This document shows, in pieces, positions 54,655-54,743 of a stretch of 54,743 nt of DNA; within the stretch, counting starts at the first letter, position 1; every line of letters starts with the position of its first letter. The position numbers and the translations under genes were made by a program. The notes under the pieces are model-generated. The model had not been told where the DNA came from, did not search any database, and saw nothing but the letters and a program-made list of their open reading frames with translations. Origin of the DNA: a virus (taxonomy: Duplodnaviria; Caudoviricetes); the IMG/VR virus record IMGVR_UViG_3300032401_000014, positions 1-54,743 of that record. One strand, given 5' to 3'.

Positions 54655-54743
54655 CCTCCATTGCTTTTACTGTGGATTGCCAGTTTATAAAATCTGCTCC
54701 CTCAAATCCTAAATCACTACCTTTGAAAACATTCTCTGCCGCC
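54655..54743. repeat. 89-bp copy of 410-498
   Basis: Direct reading. Confidence 0.95.

Noticed and set aside
1-54743. Stop-codon reassignment
   Set aside because: Core genes are full length under the standard code; TAA, TAG and TGA all end genes

Overview
Apparently complete, circularly permuted genome (about 54.6 kb) of a tailed phage with a contractile tail (myovirus-type). Essentially every credible gene is on the minus strand. Transcription order: small accessory genes, VRR-NUC, HNH-AP2 and a radical SAM gene -> TerS/TerL -> portal -> 1642-aa polyvalent protein -> MuF -> prohead protease, scaffold, capsid -> decoration/neck -> sheath, tube, chaperone (-1 frameshift), short tape measure -> baseplate -> fibres including a collagen-like protein -> lysis (C39-like endolysin) -> terminator -> strong early promoter -> DUF932, ERF recombinase, exonuclease, LexA-type HTH -> replication initiator with internal iterons -> NinB-like -> AT-rich accessory block. 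No integrase, tRNA, CRISPR array or reverse transcriptase was seen. Most striking: (1) the accessory block (54504-54743 plus 1-3340) is built from gene cassettes bracketed by short direct repeats that carry the stop/RBS/start junctions; a DNA methyltransferase and a radical SAM gene are each flanked by the same 19-bp repeat, and the two contig ends show two alleles (with and without a 345-bp cassette). (2) The 1642-aa protein looks like a polyprotein of GNAT/ART effectors, each preceded by a K-S/A putative protease site and a Trp-rich hairpin tag. (3) There is a pseudoknot-topology leader RNA ahead of the replication initiator. (4) GCGC, CGCG and GGWCC appear strongly avoided. All family calls come from motif recognition by eye, not database searches.
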